From NCBI RefSeq assembly GCF_000012805.1, contig NC_007484.1:2250001-2282000 (forward strand): DNA of 32,000 nt, written 5' to 3'. Every line of letters starts with the position of its first letter. The stretch's first letter is position 1. Below are positions 24,635 through 32,000 of this stretch, one piece after another. The DNA is from Nitrosococcus oceani ATCC 19707. Lineage in GTDB: Bacteria > Pseudomonadota > Gammaproteobacteria > Nitrosococcales > Nitrosococcaceae. The notes below the pieces were generated by a model. The model had not been told where the DNA came from, made no database searches, and was given only the letters and a program-made list of their open reading frames with translations. Made by a program: the position numbers and the translations under genes.

Positions 24635-25693
24635 TTACCCAAGATCCCGGGCAATCCAGGGTCCCACTAACCGGGTGAGAGGCATGGGCAACCGTTTCCA
24701 TCCTTCCACAAAGAGACGATAACGGGGGTTGAGAGGATTCTTCTCAGGAACTTTATTTGCCTTAATTAATTTATACTCGTAATGCAAGGGCTGAGGTTTA
24801 AACCCCCAGTGGGTCTTAAAACGATAGGAACCTGCATCCAACTTGCTTCGCCCATAATCAAAAACACGCACACTCTGCTCCGAGGCCCGGCGCATTAATT
24901 CCCAATACATAAAATCATTGGCCTTAAATTCCCGAGCCCCTGCAAGCCCTCCTCCATAGTAGGGAAGTACTTCATCGCGGAAATAAAAGCTCATGACACT
25001 GCTTATTGGAGTCCCTTCATGAAAGATGGTCAGCACTTCGCAGCGATCTCCAAATACGGTCTTAAGGATTTCAAAATAGCGCTTTGGGAAAACTGGAGTC
25101 CCTAAATTACGGACGCTCTCAGAATAGATCAGAAAGAAACGTTCTATATCCGAGTCTGTGCTGCTGGTTAATCCCGCTTTGATCCCTTTACGTACCATCG
25201 CTCGTTGCTTGCGAGGAATAGCTGCAAGATTCTTTTCTGGATCAGGATCAATATTCTTGCGAAATGTCACGTAAAGTTCAGAGCAGGGCCAATCGGAGTG
25301 ACGAAGTTGAAGGTTACGTAGTTCAAGATAATCCACCCCTAGATCCCAGGCTACCCGATAGGCGGCGGCTTCCAGTGCATCGCATGCCTCCCGTGATCCC
25401 ACCGCGCCACCATAGACACAAAAAGGCGTTGAGATAAGTGCATCACCAAATAGTCGACTGCGAATACGCGCCAAGGGGAGCAGGCCCACAATTTTGCCAT
25501 CCTGCTCAGCATAGAAATAATGGGTTGCATGTCCATAAGCTCGTTCCAGCACCTCCCGCCAGCCCGCCAGATGGAAAAAGGTTGCTTCAGGATGGGCTTC
25601 CACAAACTCATCCCAGCGATTTTCTTCTTTTTTGGTTAAAACGCAGACCGTCAGAGGACGCGCATCACTAAGGCACAATGCTTCATTTTTCAT
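24635..25693 (-). CDS. FemAB-family protein, PEP-CTERM system-associated type (recalled as TIGR03019-like)
   Basis: 352-aa ORF with ATG start. It contains WDEFVEAHPEATFFHLAGWREVLERAYGH and a GNAT-like Fem fold signature (DYGRSKLDAGSYRFKTHWGF). It occupies the conserved position between the deacetylase and stp1. Confidence 0.8.
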   Translation of the reverse strand: MKNEALCLSDARPLTVCVLTKKEENRWDEFVEAHPEATFFHLAGWREVLERAYGHATHYFYAEQDGKIVGLLPLARIRSRLFGDALISTPFCVYGGAVGSREACDALEAAAYRVAWDLGVDYLELRNLQLRHSDWPCSELYVTFRKNIDPDPEKNLAAIPRKQRAMVRKGIKAGLTSSTDSDIERFFLIYSESVRNLGTPVFPKRYFEILKTVFGDRCEVLTIFHEGTPISSVMSFYFRDEVLPYYGGGLAGAREFKANDFMYWELMRRASEQSVRVFDYGRSKLDAGSYRFKTHWGFKPQPLHYEYKLIKANKVPEKNPLNPRYRLFVEGWKRLPMPLTRLVGPWIARDLG

Positions 25694-25699
25694 TATTCG

Positions 25700-26551
25700 T
25701 TAATCTTGCTGCAAAAAAACGCGATCCATGCGATCCCAACGGAAATCGCCTATTAGCCATAATAATCGTTGCTCCATATGTTGGAGATTAAGATAGTGAC
25801 GAACACGTGTTTTCATGCTGATCCCCCGCTGGCGCGGCTGTTCAGGATCTATCTCCCAAGGATGGAAATAAAAAATGCAGGGCTGGCCATCAAGCTGGTT
25901 AACCCGGCGTACTGCCCAGCGAAATAAACCATAAGGAAAAAGGCGAAAATACCCACCACCGCCGCAGGGGAATTTGTGCCCCGATAACTCGACGGTGCTT
26001 ACCGGAATTTCGAGAAGAGAGGGGGCTGCTGGAGGATAAAACGCAAAGCGGGGCGCTTCGGGCATGCCGTATAGATCGTGATGTATCGGATAAATGCTCG
26101 AACTATAAAGATAACCTGTTTCAGCAAGCACCTCATGCGCCCACAGGTTGCTTCTGCCGATGGAATAACTTGCCGCCCGATAACCCCTCACAGCGGTGCC
26201 TGAGAGATCTTCTAGTAATTTACGGGTACGGGATACATCCTCACGAAAGTCGTCTCTATTTTGTTGTGTTACTCGTATGTGAGAGAAACCATGGGAAGCA
26301 AGCTCATGGCCCGCTTCCACGATACGCTGTATAAGGGTTGGGTAGCGCTCTGCCACCCAACCTAGCATAAAAAAAGTAGCAGATATCTCCCGATCAGCAA
26401 AAAGCTGCAGTATCCGATCAGTATTTTGCTCAACCCGGCAAGGCAACTTATCCCAACCGCCTCGTGCAATAATATTTTCAAAGGCGGATACCTGGAAATA
26501 ATCTTCCACATCCACAGTCATGGCATTAGTGATTGGCTCTGGCTGCTTCAA
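25700..26551 (-). CDS. Polysaccharide deacetylase, PEP-CTERM locus subfamily (recalled as TIGR03006-like)
   Basis: TTG 26551 follows AAGGAG plus a 7-nt spacer; an alternative ATG is at 26521. Motifs are MTVDVEDYFQVSAFE, ATFFMLGW, ASHGFSH and FYFHPWEIDPEQP. Confidence 0.9.
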   Translation of the reverse strand: MKQPEPITNAMTVDVEDYFQVSAFENIIARGGWDKLPCRVEQNTDRILQLFADREISATFFMLGWVAERYPTLIQRIVEAGHELASHGFSHIRVTQQNRDDFREDVSRTRKLLEDLSGTAVRGYRAASYSIGRSNLWAHEVLAETGYLYSSSIYPIHHDLYGMPEAPRFAFYPPAAPSLLEIPVSTVELSGHKFPCGGGGYFRLFPYGLFRWAVRRVNQLDGQPCIFYFHPWEIDPEQPRQRGISMKTRVRHYLNLQHMEQRLLWLIGDFRWDRMDRVFLQQD

Positions 26552-26766
26552 AGAAAAGCTCCTTTATTTAGAAACGCTACCGCCCTCCTTCGCAAGAAGG
26601 CCAGAAACAAGCTTAACCACTCGTCTTTAAAAAAGGCTAGGGTAGATCACCGCAAAAGTCGCGAAACGGCTTCTTAATCTTCTCTTCCCCAAGAAAAAAA
26701 GCGTAAGAAATACTCACCGGCTATACCAAAAACAGAGCAAGAATTACGTTTTCTGTTCTTGAAAGC

Positions 26767-26796
26767 TATATAACGGCTTAAATTAAATTAACACAA
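26767..26796 (-). promoter_or_regulatory. Candidate sigma70-like promoter for the deacetylase-to-xrtA block
   Basis: On the minus strand: TTGTGT (26796-26791), an 18-nt spacer, then TATATA (26772-26767). It lies in a 268-bp AT-rich gap. This rests on pattern match only. Confidence 0.2.
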
Positions 26797-26819
26797 GTTT
26801 CTAAAATATCTTTTAGCTA

Positions 26820-27062
26820 TCAAAAACGCATGAATACTGTTGCAGACGCCATATTCATGCCAAAATCATTCTCAGAATCCGTAGAATTTCGCTGACCATG
26901 AACATAACGCAAGGATAACCCCGATTTTGGGCTAAACCTGTGCCTTATACCAAGAGAAACATTCCAGAGATTATCCGAGCGGGAAGGATCCAGAGAAGTA
27001 CTCGGAAAAGAACGATGCATCCACATGCCACCCGCCAAGATATTCGTCCGCGAGGAAAAATT
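26820..27062 (-). other. In-frame continuation of the outer-membrane barrel gene downstream of its TAG; encodes the terminal beta-strands and the C-terminal Phe
   Basis: It is in the same frame as 27063..28571 (27063-26820 = 243 = 81x3). Read through, the sequence is ...NLFWI*NFSSRTNILAGGMWMHRSF...LSLRYVHGQRNSTDSENDFGMNMASATVFMRF-stop. It shows the alternating hydrophobic pattern and terminal F typical of beta-barrel OMPs. Confidence 0.6.
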
Positions 27063-28568
27063 CTAGATCCAAAATAGGTTCCCCCCCTTCAGATCCTCTT
27101 CTTCACCGCTCTCCTGGAACTCCCGATTTACTTGAAAACCGCGCACTAACAATCGGGTTTTCTCGGTCATCAGGTGAGTCCAGGACAACATGGTACGCGT
27201 GCTCAGGAAAGTCTCCGTCGTAACCGTCGGTAAAGTATTTATCGGGCCATCGGTAAAATCCGGTTGTTGAAATAACAATTGATCGAAGGTAAAAAATCGC
27301 TGACTATAAGAAGCATTAAAAATGTTACGTTTGGTTCCGTAGGTTGCCCTTACAAAGGCAGTAGTACCAAAAAAACGCTGGCCAACCGCCCCTATTATCC
27401 GTGTCCTACGGGAGGGATTATAAGAAAGACCCACGTTCCATCGGATTCCACTGGTGCTTCCATCTCCAAGCCCTCGGCTAAATGCATTATCTTCATAACC
27501 CAATATCCCAAAAGCCGATACCCGACGGAAAAGAGGCATTTGGAGTCTAAAAAGATAGTTGGCAAGTCGAACTGTTGGGGAATCCTCACGATGAGAGTAA
27601 CGCTGGTTCGTAAGAAACGCCCAGCGAAAACGGTCAAACCGGGAGCCACTCCGTAGAACCCCGAATATTCTATCCGCATTTCTTGTCGGCCTCCCTTCAG
27701 GAGCAACTAAAACTTCTTGGCGTTGATAGCGTACCTGGCCCGAAGCGGTATTTCCCCATCGCCAACAGTAGAAAGGCGATGCCTGTAAAGTTGCAACAGT
27801 GCTAATATTACCGGTTGCAAAGGAATTTCCTGCTCCGCCGAAACCACCACCGCCGAAACCACCACCGCCGAAACCACCACCGCCGAAACCACCACCGCCG
27901 AAACCACCACCGCCGAAACCACCACCGCCGAAACCACCACCGCCGAAACCACCACCGCCGAAACCACCACCGCCGAAACCACCACCGCCGAAACCACCAC
28001 CGCCGAAACCACCGCCGCCGAAACCACCACCGCCGCTGCTACAAACTCCGCTTCTACCACCGCCCATGCCACCGCCCATGCCACCGCCCATGCCACCGCC
28101 CATGCCACCGCCCATGCCACCGCCCATGCCACCGCCCATGCCACCGCCCATGCCACCGCCAAAACCGCGAAATGGTGGTGCGGCACCTGTAGGAGAAATC
28201 AGAGCTTGAAAAACAGTAGCTCGCAAATCAAAAAATAGGTGATCTTTAGCTAATTCTGCCCTAGCCAATCCGAGAAACCGGTGAAAGGTCGTATTTCGAT
28301 CGCCGTCCTTGGCAAAAAACAGATTCTGCATGAGGTAGTTGGCTCCTAGCTGGAGCCGGCTACCCCTACCCCGCAGAGAGAAACCTGGAGTAATTTGGGT
28401 AATAAAGTCACTTTCTTCCTCTCCCCTGGGAGCTAAAGTGACATTATCCGTATAAATCTCCCCCCCGGCTAGTAGAGGCGTAAACCTCCATTCTGCCCCA
28501 TTAGCACAGGCTCCAAAAAGTAAAAATACGCCTCCCCCAATAAGGTTAAAGTGCCTCCTTGCGCACAT
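27063..28568 (-). CDS. PEP-CTERM-locus outer-membrane beta-barrel protein (recalled as TIGR03016-like) with a giant Gly-rich repeat insert; ends prematurely at TAG 27063-27065
   Basis: ATG is at 28568; the track starts one codon earlier at TTG. The signal peptide is MCARRHFNLIGGGVFLLFGACANG|AEW, followed by WRFTPLLAGGEIYTDNVTLAP and amphipathic strands. It sits in the conserved position between the tyrosine kinase and the deacetylase. Confidence 0.7.
   Translation of the reverse strand: MCARRHFNLIGGGVFLLFGACANGAEWRFTPLLAGGEIYTDNVTLAPRGEEESDFITQITPGFSLRGRGSRLQLGANYLMQNLFFAKDGDRNTTFHRFLGLARAELAKDHLFFDLRATVFQALISPTGAAPPFRGFGGGMGGGMGGGMGGGMGGGMGGGMGGGMGGGMGGGRSGVCSSGGGGFGGGGFGGGGFGGGGFGGGGFGGGGFGGGGFGGGGFGGGGFGGGGFGGGGFGGGGFGGGGFGGAGNSFATGNISTVATLQASPFYCWRWGNTASGQVRYQRQEVLVAPEGRPTRNADRIFGVLRSGSRFDRFRWAFLTNQRYSHREDSPTVRLANYLFRLQMPLFRRVSAFGILGYEDNAFSRGLGDGSTSGIRWNVGLSYNPSRRTRIIGAVGQRFFGTTAFVRATYGTKRNIFNASYSQRFFTFDQLLFQQPDFTDGPINTLPTVTTETFLSTRTMLSWTHLMTEKTRLLVRGFQVNREFQESGEEEDLKGGNLFWI
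27840..28034 (-). repeat. 13 tandem copies of a 15-bp unit (plus strand GAAACCACCACCGCC), encoding (GGGGF)x13
   Basis: Counted directly. Twelve units are identical. Unit 12 differs by one base (G instead of A at 28014), which is synonymous (GGT to GGC on the coding strand). Confidence 0.97.
28057..28160 (-). repeat. 8 identical tandem copies of a 12-bp unit (plus strand CCACCGCCCATG) plus a partial ninth, encoding (GGGM)x8-GGG
   Basis: Counted directly. The units span 28057-28152, followed by a partial CCACCGCC at 28153-28160. Confidence 0.97.
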
Positions 28569-28613
28569 CAAGAAAAATCCCTGACATATCCGAAATCCCT
28601 AACAAGATAATCA

Positions 28614-29507
28614 TTATTTGCCATTGGAATAGCTGCCGTAGTAATAGCCGCCGTAATAATCCTGGCCTGATGCTTGCCGATTTTTATTCAGCACCAACCA
28701 GATCAATTTATTAGATTGATCTAGCAGGGAAAGCGCTTCCTTGACAGCGGTTTGTGGGGTACGTCCGGTTTCAACTACCAATACAATTTGGCCCATGAGA
28801 TGAGCCAATGCACTGGGCTGGCTAGCTGCAAGCAAAGGCGAGCTATCAATAATAATTATTCGCTCTGGATAGCGCCGGGAAACATCTTCTGCAAACATCG
28901 CCATCTGTTTACTGGCAAGCAACTCCGTTGAACGGGAATAAGGTTTTCCTGCTCCCACAACACGAAGGTTGTCAATATTAGTACGCACCATCACGTCAGC
29001 TAAATCTAGAGTAGGATCCCTCAGCACTTCCACCAAACCGGTCCTTTCCGTAAGGCTAAGAGTGCGGGTTAGCTGCGGTCTCACCACATCTGCATCTATT
29101 AAAAGAACAGTATGGTTATACTCCATCACAATACTCATCGCCAGGTTGATTGAAGTAAAGGTCTTCCCTTCCCCCGAAAGTGCACTCGTCACCATAATCA
29201 CATTGCTGTATTCATCGGAATTAACGCTGCCGTCAAGTGCTCTTTTCAGAATAGGTCTTTTTATCATGCGATACTCTTCCGCAATCCGGCTTTGGGGTTC
29301 AGCCGGTACGATAAAACCTTTTTGGCGCAGCGCCTCTAAATCTAACTGATGCATTTGGGATCTTCTCTCTCCCGGCCTAACCCGTATTTTGGGGGACGCT
29401 GGCTGTTGCTCTAAAGAATTCGAAGAGAGAGGGGTTGCACTTGCAGGAGTCAAAGTTTCTTGACCGATTATGTTTTTACGCTCCATCGCTTTTTCAATGC
29501 TACTCAT
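28614..29507 (-). CDS. BY-type tyrosine autokinase, EPS/PEP-CTERM locus type (EpsG-like; recalled as TIGR03018-like)
   Basis: ATG follows AAGGA plus an 8-nt spacer. Walker A is SALSGEGKTFTS, Walker A' is LLIDADV and Walker B is IIIDSSP. The C-terminal Tyr cluster is QDYYGGYYYGSYSNGK. There is no TM segment, so this would be the soluble kinase partner of the upstream Wzz-like protein. Confidence 0.88.
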   Translation of the reverse strand: MSSIEKAMERKNIIGQETLTPASATPLSSNSLEQQPASPKIRVRPGERRSQMHQLDLEALRQKGFIVPAEPQSRIAEEYRMIKRPILKRALDGSVNSDEYSNVIMVTSALSGEGKTFTSINLAMSIVMEYNHTVLLIDADVVRPQLTRTLSLTERTGLVEVLRDPTLDLADVMVRTNIDNLRVVGAGKPYSRSTELLASKQMAMFAEDVSRRYPERIIIIDSSPLLAASQPSALAHLMGQIVLVVETGRTPQTAVKEALSLLDQSNKLIWLVLNKNRQASGQDYYGGYYYGSYSNGK

Positions 29508-29739
29508 AAAAAATATTCCTTAATTTTTTTCTACCGACAATGTCTCCAGCAATCCTTAGTCAAAATACAATCTACGTTTTGCTCTTCTCGTAATTGTATA
29601 AAGATAAACTTCCTCTCTCTATTAAGATAGGCCGCATTTAATCAGTTAAATTACCCCCGGAAAAACGGGGTCTCACCTTAATTTAGTAAGATATTTATAG
29701 TTTGAATTATTACTCTTAAATTTAGGGAATTTTAGGGCA

Positions 29740-31341
29740 CTAAAAAAGCGAATGCTTAATTGTGTCGAACATTTTGATACCAAAGAGATAATTGGATACC
29801 AATAATCCATATCCAGCGATGAGAAGACCTAGAAAAGTAAGAAGAAACGCCAGATTAAGCCGATGCTTCCATAAAATACGCCCTGATAATATCATTGATA
29901 CCGGGCCTAGGACGGGAAGCCCCGTCGCTTCTTCTAAATCCCGGCGGGTATAAAAAACGGGCCTTAATTGGGAAAGAAAAAATGCCAAAGCCCCTCCGGC
30001 ACCTCCCGCAACCACCAGAACTAACGTTAATAACAAGGGGCGGTCAGGACCAGAAGGGAGGAGCGGCTGTATAGGCGGCTCCACAATTTTAAACTTAACA
30101 TTATCTGGCGACTCTTCCACCCTTTCACCCATTTTCGCTGATTCTAGGCGGGTTAATAGTTGCTGATAGTTGCTTTTATAAACCCCATAGTCACGATTTA
30201 GCTGAGCTAATTCCGCTTCTACCTTAGGAATAGTATCGACGAGCTCATGCAACCGTTCTACATCTTTCTCTAAGGCGCTAACTTCCGCTTCTTGAGAAGC
30301 AATATTGGCTTCCGCTTCTGCCAGAGAAATCTGCATTTGCTGATAATAAAAGTTACCCCCCACTGCATATTCTCCCGCTTCATTAGCTTCTTCTCCTTCA
30401 CCTTGCTGCTTCTGCGGCAAAGAAAATTGCTGCTCTTCTCTTTTTTGTAACATCGCAATAGTTTCTTTAATCGCCGAAACCTTTGGATGTTTATCCGTGT
30501 ACTTGAGCAACACCTCATCTAGTTCCGCTTGCAAGGATTGAATACGCATACCCGCAGGACTACTATCTTTCGACGAGGTTCCTGTTCCACCTGTTCCAAA
30601 TCCAAAAACCGGTTCCTCTCCTCTCAATTGACGTTTAAGTACATCCCGGCGCCCTATCGCCATATTAAGCTCAGTGCGCGCCGTACGTAAATTCTCTACC
30701 GCAGTCTGCAAACGCTGATAATAATCGCCCTTTTCATTGGGCATCATGCCTACATGCTCCCGCTTAAAGTCCATTAACCTTTGTTCAGCAGTACGAAGCA
30801 GTTTTTCATATTCTTTAATTTGTTGGCCAATGAACTGTTGAGCAGTATTACTATCTTTACGGGAGGCACCCATAGTGCTTTCCACAAAAATATTCAATAT
30901 GGCCTGCACCACCCGCTGTGCAAGTTGAGGATCAGTATTTTCATATGCAATTGTATATAGATTATCTCTTCTCGCCCCTTTTATATGGATATTTTTTTCA
31001 AGCTGGTTAAGGAGTTTGATTTCCTGCTCCGGCGTGGTCACGGACAAATCCATATCGGTTTGACGGAGTACCTTTCCTAAATTAGGCCGGCTTAATAAAG
31101 TCTGAGTCATTATTCTAAGCCTTTGGTCTACATTAGGCTGAATAGCCAATCCTTTCAAAAGGGGGCGCAGTAGCGAATCAGTATCGACATAAACTCGTGC
31201 TGAGGATTCATATCTATCAGGCATCTGGATCACATATGTCCAACCCACAATCACCACCACCCATGCCATTAGAACGCCATACCAACGGTAACGCCAAATC
31301 CCGCACCAATAACTATATAGCTGTAACCACAGCTCATGCAT
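29740..31341 (-). CDS. Polysaccharide chain-length determinant (Wzz/PCP domain), PEP-CTERM locus subfamily (EpsF-like; recalled as TIGR03007-like)
   Basis: 533-aa ORF with ATG 14 nt after the upstream stop. The N-terminal TM segment is WYGVLMAWVVVIVGWTYVI, followed by PDRYESSARVYVD. It has a long coiled-coil periplasmic region and C-terminal TM helices. Confidence 0.88.
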   Translation of the reverse strand: MHELWLQLYSYWCGIWRYRWYGVLMAWVVVIVGWTYVIQMPDRYESSARVYVDTDSLLRPLLKGLAIQPNVDQRLRIMTQTLLSRPNLGKVLRQTDMDLSVTTPEQEIKLLNQLEKNIHIKGARRDNLYTIAYENTDPQLAQRVVQAILNIFVESTMGASRKDSNTAQQFIGQQIKEYEKLLRTAEQRLMDFKREHVGMMPNEKGDYYQRLQTAVENLRTARTELNMAIGRRDVLKRQLRGEEPVFGFGTGGTGTSSKDSSPAGMRIQSLQAELDEVLLKYTDKHPKVSAIKETIAMLQKREEQQFSLPQKQQGEGEEANEAGEYAVGGNFYYQQMQISLAEAEANIASQEAEVSALEKDVERLHELVDTIPKVEAELAQLNRDYGVYKSNYQQLLTRLESAKMGERVEESPDNVKFKIVEPPIQPLLPSGPDRPLLLTLVLVVAGGAGGALAFFLSQLRPVFYTRRDLEEATGLPVLGPVSMILSGRILWKHRLNLAFLLTFLGLLIAGYGLLVSNYLFGIKMFDTIKHSLF

Positions 31342-31355
31342 GAGTCTTTATCCTT

Positions 31356-31982
31356 TTAAAACCAAGCCTCGGGAATAATCAGTATATCGCCCGGTAATAT
31401 CTCTACATTAGCGGTAATATCTCCATCTCTAATCAAATCATCCAACCGTACCGAAAACTGCTTTTCGCGGCCATTTGCCGTGCGAACGAGGGTTGCACTG
31501 TTGCCAGCGGCAAATTCCGTGAGTCCTCCTACCTCAATCATCACATCGAGCAAGCTCATATGCTCTTGATAGCTGAGAGCACTAGGATCAGCCGCTTCAC
31601 CTACCACCCGAACCTGTTCGCTAAAGCGTCCAATAAACTCATTTACTATAACGGTAACAATAGGCGCTCTCACATAACGAGACAAGATTTTTTCTATATC
31701 CCGGGCAAGCTCAGTCGGTGTCTTACCACTTGCCTGAAGATCCTCAACCAACGGTGAAGTTAGGCGCCCATCAGGGTGTACAATAATACTGCTTGAAAGT
31801 TCCTCGTTACCCCAGACAAAAATATCTACCTGGTCTCCAGGACCAATAATATAGTAAGGCGTCTGTCCTTCTTGAGCCGCTACAACAGGGGCCGGTGGCT
31901 TATTACTGGCACAGCCAAAGATAGCCGCTGCAATCAAGGATATGAGCAAGCACCCAATAAATTTATGGCTTCTAAGATGCAT
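31356..31982 (-). CDS. Wza-like polysaccharide export lipoprotein, PEP-CTERM system-associated type (EpsE-like; recalled as TIGR03027-like)
   Basis: ATG follows AAGG plus an 8-nt spacer. The lipobox is LIAAAIFG|C. The Poly_export motif is YIIGPGDQVDIFVWGNEELS, and there is an SLBB-like C-terminal part (ILPGDILIIPE). Confidence 0.88.
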   Translation of the reverse strand: MHLRSHKFIGCLLISLIAAAIFGCASNKPPAPVVAAQEGQTPYYIIGPGDQVDIFVWGNEELSSSIIVHPDGRLTSPLVEDLQASGKTPTELARDIEKILSRYVRAPIVTVIVNEFIGRFSEQVRVVGEAADPSALSYQEHMSLLDVMIEVGGLTEFAAGNSATLVRTANGREKQFSVRLDDLIRDGDITANVEILPGDILIIPEAWF

Positions 31983-32000
31983 ATAGTTGACCTTAACTTT

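Noticed and set aside
27081-27087. C7 homopolymer as the cause of the OMP gene disruption (frameshift)
   Set aside because: The ORFs on both sides of the stop are in the same frame. Shifting at the tract gives a non-OMP-like peptide (KGGTYFGSRIFPRGRISWRV...). The break is a TAG nonsense codon, not a frameshift.
27840-28160. Possible CRISPR array, given the many short identical repeats
   Set aside because: The units are 12 and 15 bp and directly abutting, with no spacers. They lie in frame inside a coding gene, and there are no cas genes nearby.
27707-28186. Minus-strand alternative-frame ORF with (AWAV)n / (VVSA)n repeats
   Set aside because: It is an out-of-frame reading of the same minisatellites, nested inside the longer OMP ORF, with no independent support.
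27799-28209. Plus-strand ORF encoding a (PPPPK)n / (PPPM)n proline-rich protein
   Set aside because: It is the antisense shadow of the Gly-rich tandem repeats. It is open only because the repeat lacks stops, and it has no start context. Outside the repeat the minus-strand frame carries coherent OMP sequence (signal peptide, amphipathic strands) and the plus-strand frame does not.
29655-29670. Hairpin CCCCG-gaaaaa-CGGGG in the 232-bp gap between the chain-length determinant and the kinase, as a possible intrinsic terminator
   Set aside because: The stem is only 5 bp, and on the transcribed (minus) strand it is not followed by a U-run. At most it is a weak pause or processing site.
1-32000. 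Search for PEP-CTERM substrate genes (C-terminal PEP motif, TM helix and basic tail) among the listed ORF C-termini
   Set aside because: None of the ORF C-termini shows the pattern. Substrates of this exosortase are presumably encoded elsewhere.
1-32000. Mobile elements, integrases, tRNA or rRNA genes
   Set aside because: No transposase- or integrase-like ORFs, terminal inverted repeats or tRNA-like sequences were recognisable by eye. The only long gaps (3193-3827, 26552-26819, 29508-29739) are AT-rich and featureless. A tRNA scan or covariance-model search would be needed to exclude small RNAs.

Overview
The window is a single ~31.5 kb gene cluster in which every credible gene is on the minus strand. 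It is an exopolysaccharide (EPS) biosynthesis and export locus of the PEP-CTERM/exosortase A (XrtA, 'EpsH') type from a Gram-negative genome, roughly 50% GC by eye. Family names and TIGRFAM numbers are recalled from memory of motifs and gene order and need HMM confirmation.

The right half (17.3-32 kb) follows the conserved XrtA-locus order:
- a Wza-like export lipoprotein
- a Wzz-like chain-length determinant
- a BY-type tyrosine autokinase with a C-terminal Tyr cluster
- a locus-specific outer-membrane beta-barrel
- a PEP-CTERM-locus deacetylase
- a FemAB-like protein
- glycosyltransferase 'stp1'
- exosortase A fused to an EpsI domain
- glycosyltransferase 'stp2'
- WecB
- an MCG-type AsnB amidotransferase

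The left half (0-17.3 kb) looks like a variable tailoring module:
- a secreted PD40-propeller protein with two CXXCH heme motifs
- two GT4 glycosyltransferases
- a PaaK/CapK-like adenylating enzyme
- a secreted Kelch-like propeller
- a heparinase II/III-like protein with no leader peptide
- a zinc-ribbon/methyltransferase/kinase fusion with WbdD-like domain order
- a NodB deacetylase
- a low-GC TPR gene
- a divergent AsnB paralog
- a broken deacetylase at the window edge

The main oddities are:
1. The beta-barrel gene carries about 330 bp of perfect in-frame tandem repeats, encoding (GGGM)x8 and (GGGGF)x13.
2. The same gene is cut by an in-frame TAG about 80 codons before an OMP-type C-terminal Phe.
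3. A heme-motif propeller protein is translationally coupled to a glycosyltransferase.
4. The methyltransferase-kinase fusion sits in a Wzc/Wza-type locus.

I found no rRNA, tRNA, CRISPR array, IS element or integrase, PEP-CTERM substrate gene, priming phosphoglycosyl transferase, or Wzx/Wzy-like polytopic protein in the window.
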